NCBI GenBank assembly: GCA_041287635.1
Contig: JBGGNG010000047.1
Location: 4,501 to 68,500 of the forward strand
DNA: 64,000 nt
Reading direction: 5' to 3'
Origin: Actinomycetota bacterium
GTDB taxonomy: Bacteria > Actinomycetota > UBA4738 > HRBIN12
Numbering within the stretch: the stretch's first letter is position 1; each line of letters opens with the position of its first letter. This document shows positions 10,360-19,424 of this stretch, piece by piece. A model generated the notes under the pieces. It had not been told where the DNA came from and ran no database searches. It was given only the letters and a program-made list of their open reading frames with translations. The position numbers and the translations under genes are program-made.

Positions 10360-10725
10360 ATGACAACGATCCGGACAACGTGCCCCAGGTGTGGCGAGGT
10401 GGACATGGGTCCCGAGGCGATCATGCTCTCGGTCCGACAGAGCGGCCGCGAAGGCAGCTATCGGTTCACCTGCCCCAGTTGCGCAGACGACGTGGAGAAG
10501 CGCGCCGACCGCAAGATCGTCGCCCTGCTCGTCTCGGCGGGCGTGGACATCGAGCAGTCCGAGAGCGACCAGATGCTCTTCGACGACGAGGGCGCCGACG
10601 AGGTCGGCCGTCCGATCCCTCGGGGGCCGGTCTTCTCGATCGACGACGTGATCGAGTTCCACTACCTGCTCGAAGACGACCGCTACATCGAGGAGTTCCT
10701 GGCCTCGAGCGGCGGCGGCGCCTGA
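10360..10725 (+). CDS. Small zinc-ribbon protein (CPRC...CPSC), hypothetical
   Basis: ATG at 10360 (MTTIRTTCPRCGEV...FTCPSCADDV), acidic C-terminal half. The upstream in-frame part (9799..) overlaps pafC and was discarded. Confidence 0.6.
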   Translation: MTTIRTTCPRCGEVDMGPEAIMLSVRQSGREGSYRFTCPSCADDVEKRADRKIVALLVSAGVDIEQSESDQMLFDDEGADEVGRPIPRGPVFSIDDVIEFHYLLEDDRYIEEFLASSGGGA

Positions 10726-10789
10726 ACCGCGCCGAGAGCGACGCTCCAGGTATCCCGGGCCTGCCTCACCCTCGTGTAGCATCGCCGCC

Positions 10790-10999
10790 GTGGGTACCTG
10801 GCTCCTCGTCTGGTTCGTGATCGGCATCGTGTCGACGGTGGCCGTCATCGCGTTCCTGATCGCGTTGATCCGGCATCTCCTCGTGCTCGGACGTACGGCG
10901 AGACGCATGCAGGACGAGCTCTCGCCGATCGTCCAGGAGATCTCCAGCGAGGGCGCCCGGGCCAGCGACCGGGCATCTCGACTCGGCCCTCGACGGTAG
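10790..10999 (+). CDS. Small single-pass membrane protein, hypothetical
   Basis: N-terminal TM WLLVWFVIGIVSTVAVIAFLIALI followed by a charged helix. 69 aa. Confidence 0.45.
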   Translation: MGTWLLVWFVIGIVSTVAVIAFLIALIRHLLVLGRTARRMQDELSPIVQEISSEGARASDRASRLGPRR

Positions 11000-11029
11000 G
11001 ATTGGGGCCGGGCGCAGGCCCTTCCAGAC

Positions 11030-11440
11030 ATGCTCAACATCGGACCGCCGGAGCTCATCCTCATCTTCGTGATCGCCCTCGTGATCGTGGGCCCGCAACG
11101 GCTGCCCGAGCTCGGGCGCACGATCGGCAAGGGGCTCCGCGAGTTCCGCAAGATGCAGGACGAGGTCAAGGACCTCGTGAACACGGGCATGGGCGACGAG
11201 TTCAAGCAGACGGCGGCCGAGCTGCGGCGGACCGCGTCCGACCTGAAGAGCGCGACCGACGTACGATCGGCGTTCCGCACCGACACCCCACGCACGCGCC
11301 CCCACGGTCGTGTCCGCGACGACGTCGCCGACGACACGATCACGCCAGAGCCCGACACCGACGTGCCGGAGCCCACCCCGCTGCCCCCAACCTCGCCCGG
11401 CGACGTCGACGACACCGACGACCCTGGATCCGCCGAGTGA
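11030..11440 (+). CDS. tatA: Twin-arginine translocase TatA/E family protein
   Basis: GPPELILIFVIALVIVGPQRLPELGRTIGKGLREFRK is the canonical TatA TM plus amphipathic helix. Confidence 0.9.
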   Translation: MLNIGPPELILIFVIALVIVGPQRLPELGRTIGKGLREFRKMQDEVKDLVNTGMGDEFKQTAAELRRTASDLKSATDVRSAFRTDTPRTRPHGRVRDDVADDTITPEPDTDVPEPTPLPPTSPGDVDDTDDPGSAE

Positions 11441-11450
11441 GGCTCGCCGC

Positions 11451-12236
11451 ATGCGGCTGATCCCGAAGTTCCTCCGCCGGTCGGAGGCTGAGCGCACCGG
11501 CACGATGTCGGTGATGGAGCACCTCGAGGAGCTCCGACGACGCATCGTGATCGCATTCCTCGCGATCCTCGCGGGCGCGGTGGTCGGCTGGTTCCTGTAC
11601 CCGTACGTGCTGGAGCTGCTCCGAGATCCGTTCTGTCAGTACCTGCGCGACAACCCGGAGGTGCGGCCGCCCGCCGGCTGCGACCTGGTCTTCAACAGCC
11701 CCGTCGATGCCTTCCTGACAAAGTTGAAGATGGTCGGGTTCCTCGGCCTGATCGTGGCGCTACCCGTCGTGCTCTATCAGCTCTGGGCCTTCATCGTCCC
11801 CGGCCTGACGAGCCGGGAGAAGAAGTGGTCGATCCCCTTCATCGTGACCTCGACGCTGCTGTTCATCGCCGGGGCGGCGTTCGCGATCTGGACCCTGCCC
11901 AAGGCTCTCGAGTTCCTGCTCGGCTTCGGCGGCGAGGCCGTCGTGCCTCTGATCACGTTCGATCGCTACATCGGGTTCGTCACCCTGGTCACGCTCGCGT
12001 TCGGGGTGTCGTTTCTGTTCCCGGTGATCCTGGTCTTCCTGGAGGCCGTCGGGGTGTTGTCGTGGCAGCTGCTCGCCTCGTGGCGGCGCTGGGCCATCCT
12101 CGGTATCTCGGTCTTCGCGGCGGTGATCACGCCGAGCGGTGACCCGTACACGATGTTCGCAATGATGATCCCGATGTATGTGTTCTACGAGGCCTCTATC
12201 ATCATCGGCCGGATCATGAAGCGGTCCCGCACCTGA
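11451..12236 (+). CDS. tatC: Twin-arginine translocase subunit TatC
   Basis: MSVMEHLEELRRRIV... TatC N-terminus, six hydrophobic segments, directly after tatA. ATG 11451 was chosen over the overlapping 11310 start. Confidence 0.9.
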   Translation: MRLIPKFLRRSEAERTGTMSVMEHLEELRRRIVIAFLAILAGAVVGWFLYPYVLELLRDPFCQYLRDNPEVRPPAGCDLVFNSPVDAFLTKLKMVGFLGLIVALPVVLYQLWAFIVPGLTSREKKWSIPFIVTSTLLFIAGAAFAIWTLPKALEFLLGFGGEAVVPLITFDRYIGFVTLVTLAFGVSFLFPVILVFLEAVGVLSWQLLASWRRWAILGISVFAAVITPSGDPYTMFAMMIPMYVFYEASIIIGRIMKRSRT

Positions 12237-12252
12237 GACGAGGACGACGACG

Positions 12253-12996
12253 ATGGCGATCAAGGGCAAGAGGAAGCCGAAGCAGCGATCAGCGCCACGC
12301 CCGCCGAGGCATGAGCCCGTGGCGCCGCCCACGCCGTTCCTGCACCGTCGATGGGTCCAGCTCACCGCCGGCTTCTTGGTGGGCGTCTTCGCGATGATCG
12401 TTCTCGTCTGGGTGACGAACAGCCTGCGCGCGGGCGACGCCGAAGCCGAGTCGGCGGCCGATGCGGCGAAACGGCGAGCCGCGGCCACCGCCTACCAGCA
12501 GGCGGTCCGAGGTGCGTTCGGGGAGGTCGGCGTCGTCGACCCAGGGATCGCTCCTACGATCTTCGTCGAGATGGACGCGGCGCTCGACGCGATGGCAGAA
12601 GGGAACCCGCCCGCTGATGCCGAGGCGACGATCGAGCAGGCCGCCGCCGATGCCTCGCAGGCGCGCAAGGAGCTCGCCGGGTTCGACGTCACGGGCACGA
12701 TCGCCGATCAGGGCTTCGACTCGATCGCCGCCGGATCGTTCACCGGATCCGCCGAGACCCTCATGCAGGTCCTCGATCGGTATCGGCAGGCCGCCGAAGT
12801 TGCCGCAGCGGCCGCAGTGGCCAGGGGTGCCGACTCGCAACGCCTCACCGACATCGCCGTCGACCTGCGGGACACCGCTCGCGAGCAGCTGACCCAGGGT
12901 TGGACCGAGTACCTCCAGGCCCTTAGGGCCGGCGGCGTGCCCGAGGCGCCGACCACGGGTGGCATCGTGCCCGAGCTCCCAGGCGGCGGGGGATAG
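12253..12996 (+). CDS. Membrane-anchored Ala-rich hypothetical protein
   Basis: Basic N-terminus, one TM (LTAGFLVGVFAMIVLVWV), Ala/Glu-rich ectodomain. Confidence 0.55.
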   Translation: MAIKGKRKPKQRSAPRPPRHEPVAPPTPFLHRRWVQLTAGFLVGVFAMIVLVWVTNSLRAGDAEAESAADAAKRRAAATAYQQAVRGAFGEVGVVDPGIAPTIFVEMDAALDAMAEGNPPADAEATIEQAAADASQARKELAGFDVTGTIADQGFDSIAAGSFTGSAETLMQVLDRYRQAAEVAAAAAVARGADSQRLTDIAVDLRDTAREQLTQGWTEYLQALRAGGVPEAPTTGGIVPELPGGGG

Positions 12997-13008
12997 GTCG
13001 GGAGCTCG

Positions 13009-13923
13009 ATGGGAGGTGCCGCCCCTGTCGTCGTGGTCGCGAACCCCACGGCGGGACATGGCAGGGCCGGGAAGCGCATCGGAGCGGTCGATGCGATCTT
13101 GCGCCAGCTCCGGGTCGAGCACGAGGTGCGCGTCACGGGATCGTCGACCGAGATGGAGTCCACCTGCCGCGACGCCGCGCTGCAGGGCGCCGAGATAGTC
13201 GCAGTGCTCGGCGGTGACGGCACCGTCTCCTGCGCCGCGAACGGCCTGCTCGGCACGGGCGCCGCGCTCGCGGTGCTCCCCGCCGGCACCGGCGACGACT
13301 TCGCCTCTGCCATCGGCGCCGGATCCTTCCCCTCGGCCGTGCGGTTGCTCGCCAACCCGAAGACGGCCGCGATCGACGTCGTCCGTGTGCGTGCGGGAGA
13401 CGCCGATCGTCGCTTCGTCAACGTCGCCGGAGCGGGTTTCGACTCCGAGGTGACCGAGACCGCGAACGCGATGACCGTGAACCTCGGGGGCACGGGCACG
13501 TACGTGGCGGCCCTGGTGCGGACGCTCTCGAGGTTCACGCCGGCCCGCTACGACCTGACGATCGACGGCGAGGCGCTCACCCTCGACGCGATGCTGGTCG
13601 TGATCGGCAGCGGGCTCTCGTACGGTGGGGGCATGAAGGTCTTGCCCGGCGCCTCGATCGTCGACGGGGTGATCGACGTCTGCATCGTCGAGGCCCTCTC
13701 CAAGGGCGCGTTCCTCCGCGCCTTCCCGAAGGTGTTCTCGGGTCGTCACGCGTCACATCCGAAGGTGCGTATGATGCGCGCAACGAGCGTGACGGTCGAG
13801 GCGAACCGGGGCATCCAGGTCTACGCCGACGGCGAACGGGTGGGTCCGCTGCCGGCGCGCTTCGAGGTAGAACCAGGAGCCCTGCCGGTCGTGGTCGGGC
13901 CCGACGCGAAAGGGATCCGATGA
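13009..13923 (+). CDS. Diacylglycerol-kinase-family (YegS/DagK-like) lipid kinase
   Basis: VVVANPTAGHGRAGK, VLGGDGTVS, LAVLPAGTGDDFA motifs of the DAGK catalytic domain. Confidence 0.8.
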   Translation: MGGAAPVVVVANPTAGHGRAGKRIGAVDAILRQLRVEHEVRVTGSSTEMESTCRDAALQGAEIVAVLGGDGTVSCAANGLLGTGAALAVLPAGTGDDFASAIGAGSFPSAVRLLANPKTAAIDVVRVRAGDADRRFVNVAGAGFDSEVTETANAMTVNLGGTGTYVAALVRTLSRFTPARYDLTIDGEALTLDAMLVVIGSGLSYGGGMKVLPGASIVDGVIDVCIVEALSKGAFLRAFPKVFSGRHASHPKVRMMRATSVTVEANRGIQVYADGERVGPLPARFEVEPGALPVVVGPDAKGIR

Positions 13924-14669
13924 CCGAGGTCGCCGATGGCGTGCTGTTGATCCATGCGTTCCCGCTGGATGCTCGCATGTGGGACGAGCAGGTCGAGGAC
14001 CTGCATTCTGCTGGGTGGCGCGTGGCCGCGCCGTCCCTCCCGGGATTCGGTGCCTCGCCGGCGGCGGGCTCGGTGATGACGATGGGAGCGGCTGCCGATC
14101 GATGCCTGCAGGCGCTCGATGCGGCCGGCATCGAACGCGCCGTCGTGTGTGGCCTGTCGATGGGCGGATACGTGGCGTTCGAGGTCTGGCGGATGGCGAG
14201 GCAGCGGGTCGCCGGGGTCGTGCTCGCCAACACCCGATCGGGGGCCGACACAGAGCAGGCGGCCGACGGTCGGCGTGCCATCGCCGCCCGACTCCGGGCC
14301 GAAGGCACCGGGTTCCTGGTCGAGGCGCCGCCGCCACTCCTGGCCGCCGCACCGGGGGAGGGACGCTGGCCATCCGTGCTCGCCACGATCGCCGACCAGC
14401 CGGCCGAGGCGATCGCGGCGGCGGCCGAGGGCATGGCCGAGCGACGCGACTCCACCCCCGACCTCGGCACGATCGACGTGCCGGCGCTCGTGCTCACATC
14501 CGACGCGGACACCCTGATCCCGCCCGAGGTCGCCCTCGAGATGGCCGACCACATCGAGGGCGCCGACGCTGTCACGCTCCCCGATGCCGGTCATCTGTCC
14601 AACCTGGAGGCTCCCGAAGCCTTCTCGGCCGCCCTCGGCTCCTTCCTGGGGCGGTTCACGCTCGCCTGA
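13920..14669 (+). CDS. Alpha/beta-fold hydrolase
   Basis: GLSMGG nucleophile elbow and C-terminal AGHLSNLE. ATGA overlap with the preceding kinase. Confidence 0.75.
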   Translation: MTEVADGVLLIHAFPLDARMWDEQVEDLHSAGWRVAAPSLPGFGASPAAGSVMTMGAAADRCLQALDAAGIERAVVCGLSMGGYVAFEVWRMARQRVAGVVLANTRSGADTEQAADGRRAIAARLRAEGTGFLVEAPPPLLAAAPGEGRWPSVLATIADQPAEAIAAAAEGMAERRDSTPDLGTIDVPALVLTSDADTLIPPEVALEMADHIEGADAVTLPDAGHLSNLEAPEAFSAALGSFLGRFTLA

Positions 14670-14711
14670 GCGTTCCGGGGTCGGCGCGGGGGCGCCCGTA
14701 GACTGCGTGGT

Positions 14712-17366
14712 GTGACCACCCCCGCGGCGTTCGCCGCCCGATTCCCGTTCGTCCTGGACGAGTTCCAGATGCAGGCCGCAGAGGCGGTCGATGCCGGCAT
14801 GTCGGTGCTCGTGGCCGCGCCGACCGGCAGCGGCAAGACGGTCGTCGCCGAGTACGCGATCGAGCGCGCGCTCGCCCTCGGCGGCAAGGCGTTCTACACG
14901 ACCCCCCTCAAAGCGCTCTCGAACCAGAAGTTCGGCGATCTCGTCGCCAGGCACGGCGCCGGCGAGGTCGGCCTGCTCACCGGCGACAACACGATCAACT
15001 CTGAGGCGCCCGTGGTCGTCATGACCACGGAGGTCCTCCGCAACATGCTCTACGAGCGCTCCGACATGCTCGGCGGACTGGTGAGCGTGGTGATGGACGA
15101 GGTGCACTATCTGCAGGATCCGTACCGGGGCGCCGTCTGGGAGGAGGTGCTGATCCACCTGCCGCTCAGCGTCGGCGTCGTGTGCCTCTCGGCAACGATC
15201 TCCAACGCGGAGGAGTTCGGCGAGTGGATCGGCACGCTGCGCGGTGAGACGAAGGTGATCATCGAGGAACGGCGCCCCGTGCCGCTCGAGCATCACTACC
15301 TGATCGGCCACCGCCTGCATCCGATGCACGTGGAGCAGGACGGCGTGCCGATCCCGAACCCATACGTGATCTCGCTGGATCAGAACGAGCTGCGCACGAA
15401 GGTCTACTACCGGCGCAGCAGTGGATACCCGCAGCATGAACGCATCTCGCGGCCGCGCGAAGGGCATCGGCGCGTCTACGTCCCCAGGCGCTCCGAGGTC
15501 GTCGACGTCCTCGAGGAGCACGGCATGCTGCCCGCGATCTACTTCGTCTTCAGTCGCGCGGGATGCGATCGCAGCGTGCGCTGGATCCGTGAGGCCGGCA
15601 TCTCCCTCACGAGCCGGGCCGAGGCGGACCACATCCGGGAACGAGCGGAGACGCGTGCGGCATGGATCGACGAGGAGGACCTCGTCACCCTGGGCTTCTA
15701 CGACTTCCTCGATGGCCTCACGGCGGGCGTCGCCGCCCATCACGCGGGCATGCTCCCGGTGTTCAAGGAGACGGTGGAGGAGCTGTTCGAGGCGGGGCTC
15801 GTGAAGGTCGTCTTCGCGACGGAGACCCTCTCGCTCGGCATCAACATGCCGGCCAAGAGGGTCGTGATCGAGGACCTCTGGAAGTTCCAGGGCGAACGGC
15901 ACGAGCTGCTCACCCCCGGTGAGTACACGCAGCTCACGGGGCGCGCGGGCCGGCGAGGCATCGACGAGGTCGGCCACGCGGTGGTGCTGTACCAGAAGCA
16001 GGTCGACTTCGAGCGCGTGGCGACCCTGGCCCAGCGGCGCACCTACGACCTGGTCTCCTCGTTCCGCCCCTCGTACAACATGGCGGTCAACCTGGCCCGC
16101 AACTACACGGAGGAACAGGCGCATCACCTGCTCAACAGCTCGTTCGGGCAGTTCCTGGCCGACCGCAAGGTCGTGGGGCTCGAGCGGGAACGTCAACGCG
16201 ACGCCGAGGCGATCGAGGGGTATCGGGCCAACATGCGATGCCACCTCGGCGACTTCGACGAGTACTGGTCCTGGCTGTCGAGGGCCCGTCGTCTTCGGGA
16301 GGACGATCGGAAGGGACACGAGAAGGCTCGAGCCGAGGCGGTCCGCGAGGCGGTCAACAAGCTGAAGCCGGGCGAGGTGATCTCAGTGCCGAACAGCAAG
16401 AGGGGCGGTCTCGGCGTGATCGTGAGCTCCCGCGAGGGCAAGCCGACCGTCCTCACGCAGGACCGGCGCTTCTTCCGGCTGGCCGCCCGTGACTTCCCGG
16501 ATCCGCCGGTCGTGTTGACCCGTATCCCCATGCCTCGATCGGGGAGTGCCCGCAGTAGCCGATATCGACGCGACGTCGCGGCCACGCTCGTCTCGCTCCA
16601 TCTCCGGTCGCCGAAACCCCCGAAGCATCGCGCGGACCCGAAGGTGGAGAGGGAGGCCGCGAAGCTCGAGGAGCGCGCGGCTGCGCACCCCTGTCATCGG
16701 TGCCCCGAGCGGGCGAAGCACGAACGATGGGCGAGAAGGGTGGACGAGCGGGAGGCCTCGCTCTCGGGCATCGAGCGGCGCATACGCGTGCGCACCGAAA
16801 CGCTGGCACGGCAGTTCGACCGGGTGCTCTCCGTGCTGCGGGAACTCGGGTACGTCGACGGATGGTCCGTCACCGACCGGGGGCGGAGCCTCTCGCGCAT
16901 CTACGGTGAGGGCGACATCCTGGTGGCCGAGGCGCTGGCTCGCGGCATCTTCGAGGGCCTCCAACCGGCGGAGGTGGCGGCCCTCATCTCCTCGGTCGTC
17001 TACGAGGGGCGCGAGCGCGTGCCGCTCTCGGGCGACATGCCGACCCCGGCGACGAAGGAACGCTACGAGCTGCTGCAGCGAACCTGGCGGAGGATCCGCC
17101 GAGCGGAGGACGACCACCAGGTCCAGCTCTGTCGCGAGCTCGAGGCCGGGTTCGCGACACCGATCTTCCACTGGGCGAGCGGGCGGCCGCTCGAGGAGGT
17201 GCTCGGCGAGACCGAGATGGCCCCCGGCGACTTCGTGCGCAACTGCAAGCAACTCCTCGATCTGCTCCGTCAGGTCGAGGACGTCGCGAAGCCCGAGGTG
17301 GCGGCGCTCTTCGCCACCGCGCGGTCGTCGGTCATCCGCGGCGTCGTCGCGTACACCGGGGTCTAG
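14712..17366 (+). CDS. helY: Ski2-like DEAD/DEAH-box RNA helicase HelY
   Basis: APTGSGKT (motif I), DEVH (motif II), SAT, HHAGMLP, TETLSLGINMPA, QLTGRAGRRG. 884 aa with a DSHCT-like C-terminus. Conserved position after tatC. Confidence 0.9.
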   Translation: MTTPAAFAARFPFVLDEFQMQAAEAVDAGMSVLVAAPTGSGKTVVAEYAIERALALGGKAFYTTPLKALSNQKFGDLVARHGAGEVGLLTGDNTINSEAPVVVMTTEVLRNMLYERSDMLGGLVSVVMDEVHYLQDPYRGAVWEEVLIHLPLSVGVVCLSATISNAEEFGEWIGTLRGETKVIIEERRPVPLEHHYLIGHRLHPMHVEQDGVPIPNPYVISLDQNELRTKVYYRRSSGYPQHERISRPREGHRRVYVPRRSEVVDVLEEHGMLPAIYFVFSRAGCDRSVRWIREAGISLTSRAEADHIRERAETRAAWIDEEDLVTLGFYDFLDGLTAGVAAHHAGMLPVFKETVEELFEAGLVKVVFATETLSLGINMPAKRVVIEDLWKFQGERHELLTPGEYTQLTGRAGRRGIDEVGHAVVLYQKQVDFERVATLAQRRTYDLVSSFRPSYNMAVNLARNYTEEQAHHLLNSSFGQFLADRKVVGLERERQRDAEAIEGYRANMRCHLGDFDEYWSWLSRARRLREDDRKGHEKARAEAVREAVNKLKPGEVISVPNSKRGGLGVIVSSREGKPTVLTQDRRFFRLAARDFPDPPVVLTRIPMPRSGSARSSRYRRDVAATLVSLHLRSPKPPKHRADPKVEREAAKLEERAAAHPCHRCPERAKHERWARRVDEREASLSGIERRIRVRTETLARQFDRVLSVLRELGYVDGWSVTDRGRSLSRIYGEGDILVAEALARGIFEGLQPAEVAALISSVVYEGRERVPLSGDMPTPATKERYELLQRTWRRIRRAEDDHQVQLCRELEAGFATPIFHWASGRPLEEVLGETEMAPGDFVRNCKQLLDLLRQVEDVAKPEVAALFATARSSVIRGVVAYTGV

Positions 17367-17382
17367 CTACGATGCGGCAGCG

Positions 17383-18312
17383 ATGACCAGCCCCTTCGGA
17401 ACCCTCGCCGTGATCGCCCAGCCGGCTGCCGGAGACGGCCGGGTGGGGGAGCGTCTCCCCGCGCTTCGGCGCGCGTTGGCGGCACACGACCTCGAGTACG
17501 AGCTGAGCATCGCGGATGCCAGAGGCGAGGGGACGCAGCTTGCGTCGTCGGCGCTCGACCAGGGGTTCCGCTACGTCGTGGCGGTCGGTGATGACGCGAC
17601 CGTGCAGGACGTGGTGAACGGACTCTTCCGCGATGGGGCGCCGATCGTCGCGGAGCCCGTGCTCGGTGTCGTCGCGGCCGAGGCGAACAACGACCTGTTG
17701 CGGAGCTTCGGGCTGCCCGACGACGTCGATGGAGGGGTGCGCCACCTGATGGGCGAGGTCACATACCCGTTCGATCTCATGCGGATCACGTGCACGAGGC
17801 CCGACGGTGAACGGGTGACGCGGTACGCGCACAACCTCGCGCAGGTGGGACTCGGCGCCGATGTCGAGCTCGCCCGTCGGCGCCTTCCAGCTCGGCTCGG
17901 TGACCGGCGACGGCGGTTCCTCGGCTTCTGGCGTGGCTACGTGGGCACGAGACGCCGTGTCGTCCGCGTGGGCTACGACACGAAGACGTGGGAGGGCGAG
18001 ACGTTCCACGTCGTGATCGGCAACGGGCAGTTCACGTCGGGGATGCGTCTGTCACCGCGCTCGTACCCAGGCGACGGCGTGCTCGACGCGCTCGTCTTCA
18101 CGGGCCAGAAGTCCGATGCCTACACGATGATGCCGCGCATCATGCGCCACGGCGGCCACGTGCCCGATGACGCGATCAAGGAGCTTCGGGCCAAGATCCG
18201 CTTCTCCGTCGAGGCCGATCGCCCGCTCGCCGTGGTCGCCGACGGCGAGCCCTTCGGCACGACGCCGGCGACCTTCCAGGTCGTTGCCAAGCAGATCCTG
18301 TTGAAGCTCTAG
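17383..18312 (+). CDS. Second diacylglycerol-kinase-family lipid kinase
   Basis: ATG 17383 (MTSPFGTLAVIAQPAAGDGR...), VVAVGDDATV and GVVAAEANNDL motifs. The long in-frame extension from 16546 lies inside helY and was rejected. Confidence 0.75.
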   Translation: MTSPFGTLAVIAQPAAGDGRVGERLPALRRALAAHDLEYELSIADARGEGTQLASSALDQGFRYVVAVGDDATVQDVVNGLFRDGAPIVAEPVLGVVAAEANNDLLRSFGLPDDVDGGVRHLMGEVTYPFDLMRITCTRPDGERVTRYAHNLAQVGLGADVELARRRLPARLGDRRRRFLGFWRGYVGTRRRVVRVGYDTKTWEGETFHVVIGNGQFTSGMRLSPRSYPGDGVLDALVFTGQKSDAYTMMPRIMRHGGHVPDDAIKELRAKIRFSVEADRPLAVVADGEPFGTTPATFQVVAKQILLKL

Positions 18313-18322
18313 AGGAGGCCTC

Positions 18323-19420
18323 ATGAACGCTCGCCTCGACGACCGCATGCGCCGCGCCGCCGACGAGGCGGCGGCCCAGGGTTTCGATGCCCTCGTGGTC
18401 GCTCCCTCGCCCGACTTGGCATACCTCACGGGATACGACCCGATGCCGCTCGAACGGCCTACCCTGCTCGTGCTGCGGAGCGGGGAAGCCCCTGCCATGC
18501 TCGTGCCGGAGCTCGAACGCCCGCTCGCCGCCGGCTGTCCGAGCAGTGGGTCGATCGAGCTGGTCGGGTGGACCGACGGGGTCGATCCCTACTCCGAAGC
18601 CGCGAGGCTCCTGCCGTCCGAGGGCCGCGTCGCCGTCGGGGACCGGCTCTGGGCGAGCCACGTGCTCGGCCTTCAAGGCGCCGTGCCGGCGATCTCGCTC
18701 GAGCCCGCATCGCCCGTGATCGGCCGCCTCCGCGCGGTGAAGGACGAGAACGAGCTCGCGGCTCTGCGCAGGGCTGCCCGGGGCGCCGACGAGACGTTCC
18801 GGACCATCTGCACGATGGGCTTCGTGGGCCGCCACGAGGAGGAGATCGCGGCCGACCTCGCGGATCTCTTGGTGCACCACGGACATGCGCGGGCGGACTT
18901 CACGATCGTGGCGAGTGGCTCGAACTCCGCATCACCGCACCACGAGCCCGGGGGACGCACGATCATGCCACGCGACGCCGTCGTGATGGACTTCGGCGGC
19001 GAGCTCGGGGGCTACTACAGCGACACGACGAGGACGGTCGTCGTGGGCGAACCGCCTCCCGGGTTCGAACGGGTCTACGACGCCGTGCGCGAGGCGCAGG
19101 TGACCGCCTGTGAGGCGGTCGCTCCCGGCGTCGCCGCCCAGCAGGTCGACCGCGTCGCCCGAGGCATCATCGAGGATGCCGGCCTCGGAGAGCGCTTCAT
19201 CCATCGCACCGGCCACGGCATCGGCCTCGAGGTGCACGAGCCTCCGTACATCGTCGAGGGCAACGAGTGGGTCCTCGCGCCCGGGACGACGTTCTCCATC
19301 GAACCCGGGGCCTACCTCGAAGGGGCCTTCGGGGTGCGGATCGAAGACATCGTGGCCGTCACCGCCGAGGGAGTGGAGCGGCTGAACCGATCGACGCGCG
19401 AGCTGCAGGTCGTGGAGTAG
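18323..19420 (+). CDS. M24 family Xaa-Pro dipeptidase/aminopeptidase
   Basis: Pita-bread fold metal ligands in VVMDFGG...YYSDTTRT, HRTGHGIGLEVHE, SIEPG, RIED. Confidence 0.85.
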   Translation: MNARLDDRMRRAADEAAAQGFDALVVAPSPDLAYLTGYDPMPLERPTLLVLRSGEAPAMLVPELERPLAAGCPSSGSIELVGWTDGVDPYSEAARLLPSEGRVAVGDRLWASHVLGLQGAVPAISLEPASPVIGRLRAVKDENELAALRRAARGADETFRTICTMGFVGRHEEEIAADLADLLVHHGHARADFTIVASGSNSASPHHEPGGRTIMPRDAVVMDFGGELGGYYSDTTRTVVVGEPPPGFERVYDAVREAQVTACEAVAPGVAAQQVDRVARGIIEDAGLGERFIHRTGHGIGLEVHEPPYIVEGNEWVLAPGTTFSIEPGAYLEGAFGVRIEDIVAVTAEGVERLNRSTRELQVVE

Positions 19421-19424
19421 ACCC

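Noticed and set aside
13821-16319. 832-aa ORF on the minus strand
   Set aside because: It is antisense to the well-supported helY and alpha/beta-hydrolase genes. The translation is Arg/Gly/Pro/Asp-rich low-complexity with no motifs, a typical shadow ORF of a high-GC genome.
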